This document shows positions 60,456 through 64,000 of a DNA stretch of 64,000 nt, piece after piece (position 1 is the first letter of the stretch; every line of letters starts with the position of its first letter). A model generated the notes under the pieces. The model was not told where the DNA came from, did no database searches, and worked only from the letters and a program-made list of their open reading frames with translations. Source of the stretch: Hamiltosporidium tvaerminnensis FI-OER-3-3 (lineage: Eukaryota > Fungi > Microsporidia); contig JAKIMF020000011.1 in assembly GCA_022605425.2 (NCBI GenBank), positions 248,001-312,000 on the forward strand, written 5' to 3'. The position numbers and the translations under genes are program-made.

Positions 60456-63400
60456 TCGTAATTATTTAAATAATTCAGTTTACAAACTGAATACCGTGTA
60501 ATTTTCATGGTTCGACGACTTAAATTGGTATTTCTTAATTGGCTTTCTCTTTTTTCAAAATATTTCTCTTACTTGAATTTAAAGTATCATTTTTTAATAT
60601 ATACCGCTGTCATACCCATAACGTAGATTTAATACTTTATTATGATATAACATAACAATATTCTTCCGAATCGGCACAAATAAATAGCTAAAATCTAGGC
60701 TTATTATTATGGTTCTAATTATTTCTATGTAAATTATAGATTTATGGTTTTTTGGTTGAATAGTTCAAACAAGTCTTTCAAACCATTAGAGCTTTAATGA
60801 AACATATAAAATTAATTTTTTTTCTCAAAAAATGTATAATTATGTATGAATACGGCATCAGTGGCTGTTCCAAAACATATAATTTTTTTAATCCTAATCA
60901 TTTTCGCAACAATTATGAAGAGAGAATTTTTTAGTTGGTCTAAAAATCTAATTTTAATTAATGTAAAATAGAGAAGAGGCTATCAAAAAATACATCAATG
61001 CGATGCCGCTAAGGCGATTTTCGGAAAGATTTGGACTATAAACGACTGTTTTTATTATTGTAAGAATATATATAAAATTTTTGGATTTTAATACACTCAC
61101 CGTTACCTTTCAAGGATGCAGCAGAAAACTATATCGTACTGTATCCTATATTTTTTTCTAATTACTTGGTTAGATTTAAATCCTACCAAAAATCATTTTT
61201 TTTTCAATTTTTTTATAGCTTGAAATTACGGTTCTAATTTTTTATTTTGTTTTATAAATTTAATATTAGACTTTTTCAAATATACTTTAATCTTTTAAAG
61301 TTATATTGTATAGTCCTGTGCAAGAAAATCTCAATATCTGCATATAAAATTTAGTATCTTTTTTTTTAATTTATATATTCTACTCTATTGCTTCTATTGT
61401 GCATTTATTTTCAAATGATCTAAGTAATTTGAAAGTACAAGTTCGTTCGTCTCAATGGGATAATGCCTTCTGCATGAGGTTATCACAATATATATATGTA
61501 TATTTCCTATTTCTGGTCTAAGATTGTTGTATTTATCATAGAATTATTTTTTTAAGACCTTAAAATATACTAACAAAAACTCAATCATATTCATTTATAT
61601 TTGGTTAATAATGAAAGAATCATATTTTCACAAATTCTTAACAAATACATGTGTATTATTAAATGCAAAAAAGTTTCTCAAATAGATGAAATATTATAAA
61701 TGTATTTTAGCTCATTGTTTTTTCTGTAGAAGATCATACAATACTCCAAGTAAATTCAAGCTACGAGATTATATTTGGGGATTTCTAAAATTTTTCTCTT
61801 AAAAACATAAGTTGATAGATCAACGTAAGTCTCTCGTATTCGAAAAATAAAAAATATATAAACCTGAGGATTTGCCGGGTAAACAGAAGAACATTATGAT
61901 ATCCCGACAAAATTTGATTATAAATCTATTATTTTTACATTTTTAATGCTCTACATCGGGAAATCAATACTATTTTATATTGATTTATAAAATTATATAA
62001 CTTAGGTTACTCAGAGCTACTATTGAATCGTCTAAAACTTATATGGTAATAAAATGTTTCTTCTTAGTTGATTTCATATGACTTTGTTTAATAAAACAGT
62101 ATTATATTCATTTCTTTAGAATAGATTTTTTTCTTTACGCGAAAAAAGCTTGAGTACAAAAACTAAAACGAAACAAATATAAATTAAAATACCCTTTTTC
62201 GCATTTTAATACTTCCAGTAGCTTACTGCATCTGCAATTTAGAAAAAGAAAAAAATATTTGAGATTTAAGTTATTTCAACGATTCTTCTTGTATAAGGAG
62301 TATAATTTTTTTATACTATATTCAAATATTATTTATTGTGGTTTTAATCTACTGATTAAATATTTCTCAGGATTCAATAGGAAGATTTTATAGTAATGTA
62401 GTTTTGGTCAATTGTATTTCTATTAGTTACTATGCTTTTTCGCTTACATATATGTTCTTCATATATATTTTAACATTGATTTACGAATGATTTAATAAGA
62501 TAACTTTTTCAAGCAAGACTGCATAAAATTGCACTTGCTATTTTACTATAAGCATCAACCATTTGACATCAAATTTGCTATTTTTGTTTGGTTTATTGAG
62601 TAAAATTATATTCGACGACAATTCATATATTTTGTATGATTGTTATATAGCTGCTCATTGCTATATTAAATTAAATTAAATAATCGGCTATAGAAATATG
62701 GGCTTATATTTCGTTTTTCTATATAAATCATAGAGAATAATGTATAGATATTTAAACGGAAGTAAGATTTTTGAAAACAATTTATAAATACTTATTATTC
62801 TAGTCGCTTTCTTAAAAGAAAGCCATCAAAAATATTTTATCTAATCAAAAGCTACTAAAAATTTTTAATATAAATATTTTATCTAGTTTAAAATAAGATT
62901 TCATCTTTGCTCTCTTAATTTTTTGACATAAGCCTAAGAATCGCACTAATTAACTGTATTTTCGAAATAAAAAACTACCGATAGCTCCAATATAGGATTT
63001 TATTGTTATCAATAACAAATTTTTTTTAAAAACTCTCCTACTTTGAATTTGAGATTTCCAAATATAGACATCATAAGACTAAAGTTTCCTAACCGAGCCA
63101 TGTAAATCATTTTACATATATAATTTAGATTTCATTTGAGCAGAAATTCATTAAATATTTAAGCTTCGGTAATACTAATTTTTTTTAAACCTAGTTTCTT
63201 CCCAAAATAGATTTTAGTAATTGTTTAGGTATGAATTACTTTTCATTTTATTTAAACGTTTAGTGCCATAAAATATATGTAATAGCTTCATAATGTATAT
63301 ATTATCTAACGAAAAATGCAGATACATCCAATTTAATCATTAATCATCATATATTTAGAATGTCGAAACACATTTAACAAGTCATTCGAATGAAAGTCTT

Positions 63401-64000
63401 CGCTTTGAATACAGAATTTTTAATAAATTTATAATTTCTTATAAGTCCGTGCAATAATTTGCTGCTAGACATAATATCAAGAAAGATTTGGTTAAAAAAG
63501 TCATAGAAAGGTATGAGTTTACTCAGGCTCTTCTTTTTTTTTAAATTTATTTTTTATTTTATAACTCAAAACAATTACCCAATATAGAATAGGATCTGGT
63601 AACCGGTAAGGATTTTGGTAGGAGTTAAGTTTTTCTTGACTCTAATAAAATTCATCTATATACACTTAAAAAGCAATTCGAATATTTTAAAACAAAGCTA
63701 CGGATATTAGAAACAACCTCTATCACATCATAATATTATTTCATATGAATGATTTAAAAGGAATTTATATATTTACGAAGTAGCGCGGCGCAAAAGCTTT
63801 TTACAAAGAGAAAATGTTAATTTATCGCTAGAGTTTAATATTAAGCTCGTATAGCACAAAGTTGTATCATTTTTTACAGAATGCACAAGGAATTTTTTTT
63901 TAAATTCTAGAGTGAGAAATAAAACGACATATACGGTATGATTTTAATTTTCTCGGACGATCATTATCTTAATTTATCCATTTTCTGTTTTCTTATGCTT

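Noticed and set aside
62700-64000. Coding-like fragments (e.g. LDSNKI, ARHNIKKDLVKKVIERYEF) suggesting a decayed LRR or secreted gene
   Set aside because: No ORF of 60 aa or more and no repeated LxxLxLxxN pattern; it would need tBLASTx support.

Overview
Very AT-rich, gene-sparse, transposon-laden eukaryotic DNA with intronless genes, CCC motifs just upstream of several ATGs and microsporidian-style ricin-B-lectin (RBL) proteins. It most likely comes from a large-genome microsporidian; Hamiltosporidium-like is my guess from recognising the retroelement protein, and is not verified. Layout: (1) 1-1.7 kb, the 3' half of an intact RLE-type (R2/R4-group) non-LTR retrotransposon. (2) 2.3-9.7 kb, a cluster of secreted proteins, three with RBL-like beta-trefoil motifs, interleaved with minisatellites. 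(3) DOHH at 10.9-11.9 kb. (4) A frameshifted membrane-protein gene, then a full-length decayed copy of the retroelement (16818-20622) with a perfect 14-bp TSD and almost no UTRs. (5) 20801-60455, a tandem array M-U-M-U-M-U-M with a period of about 12.87 kb, where M is a ~1.03-kb Merlin/ISXO2 DNA-transposon relic. Each U holds one intact gene, a 518-519-aa signal-peptide protein with a hypervariable N-terminal ~355 aa and a near-invariant C-terminus. Its neighbours are relics: a 5'-truncated LINE, a decayed full-length LINE, a ~234-bp RTE-derived SINE-like element with a 15-bp TSD, and a TGT..ACA Ginger-like integrase transposon. The units are patchwork recombinants of each other. (6) 60.5-64 kb has no supportable genes. 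No rRNA, tRNA or CRISPR arrays were seen. All identity figures are estimates by eye.
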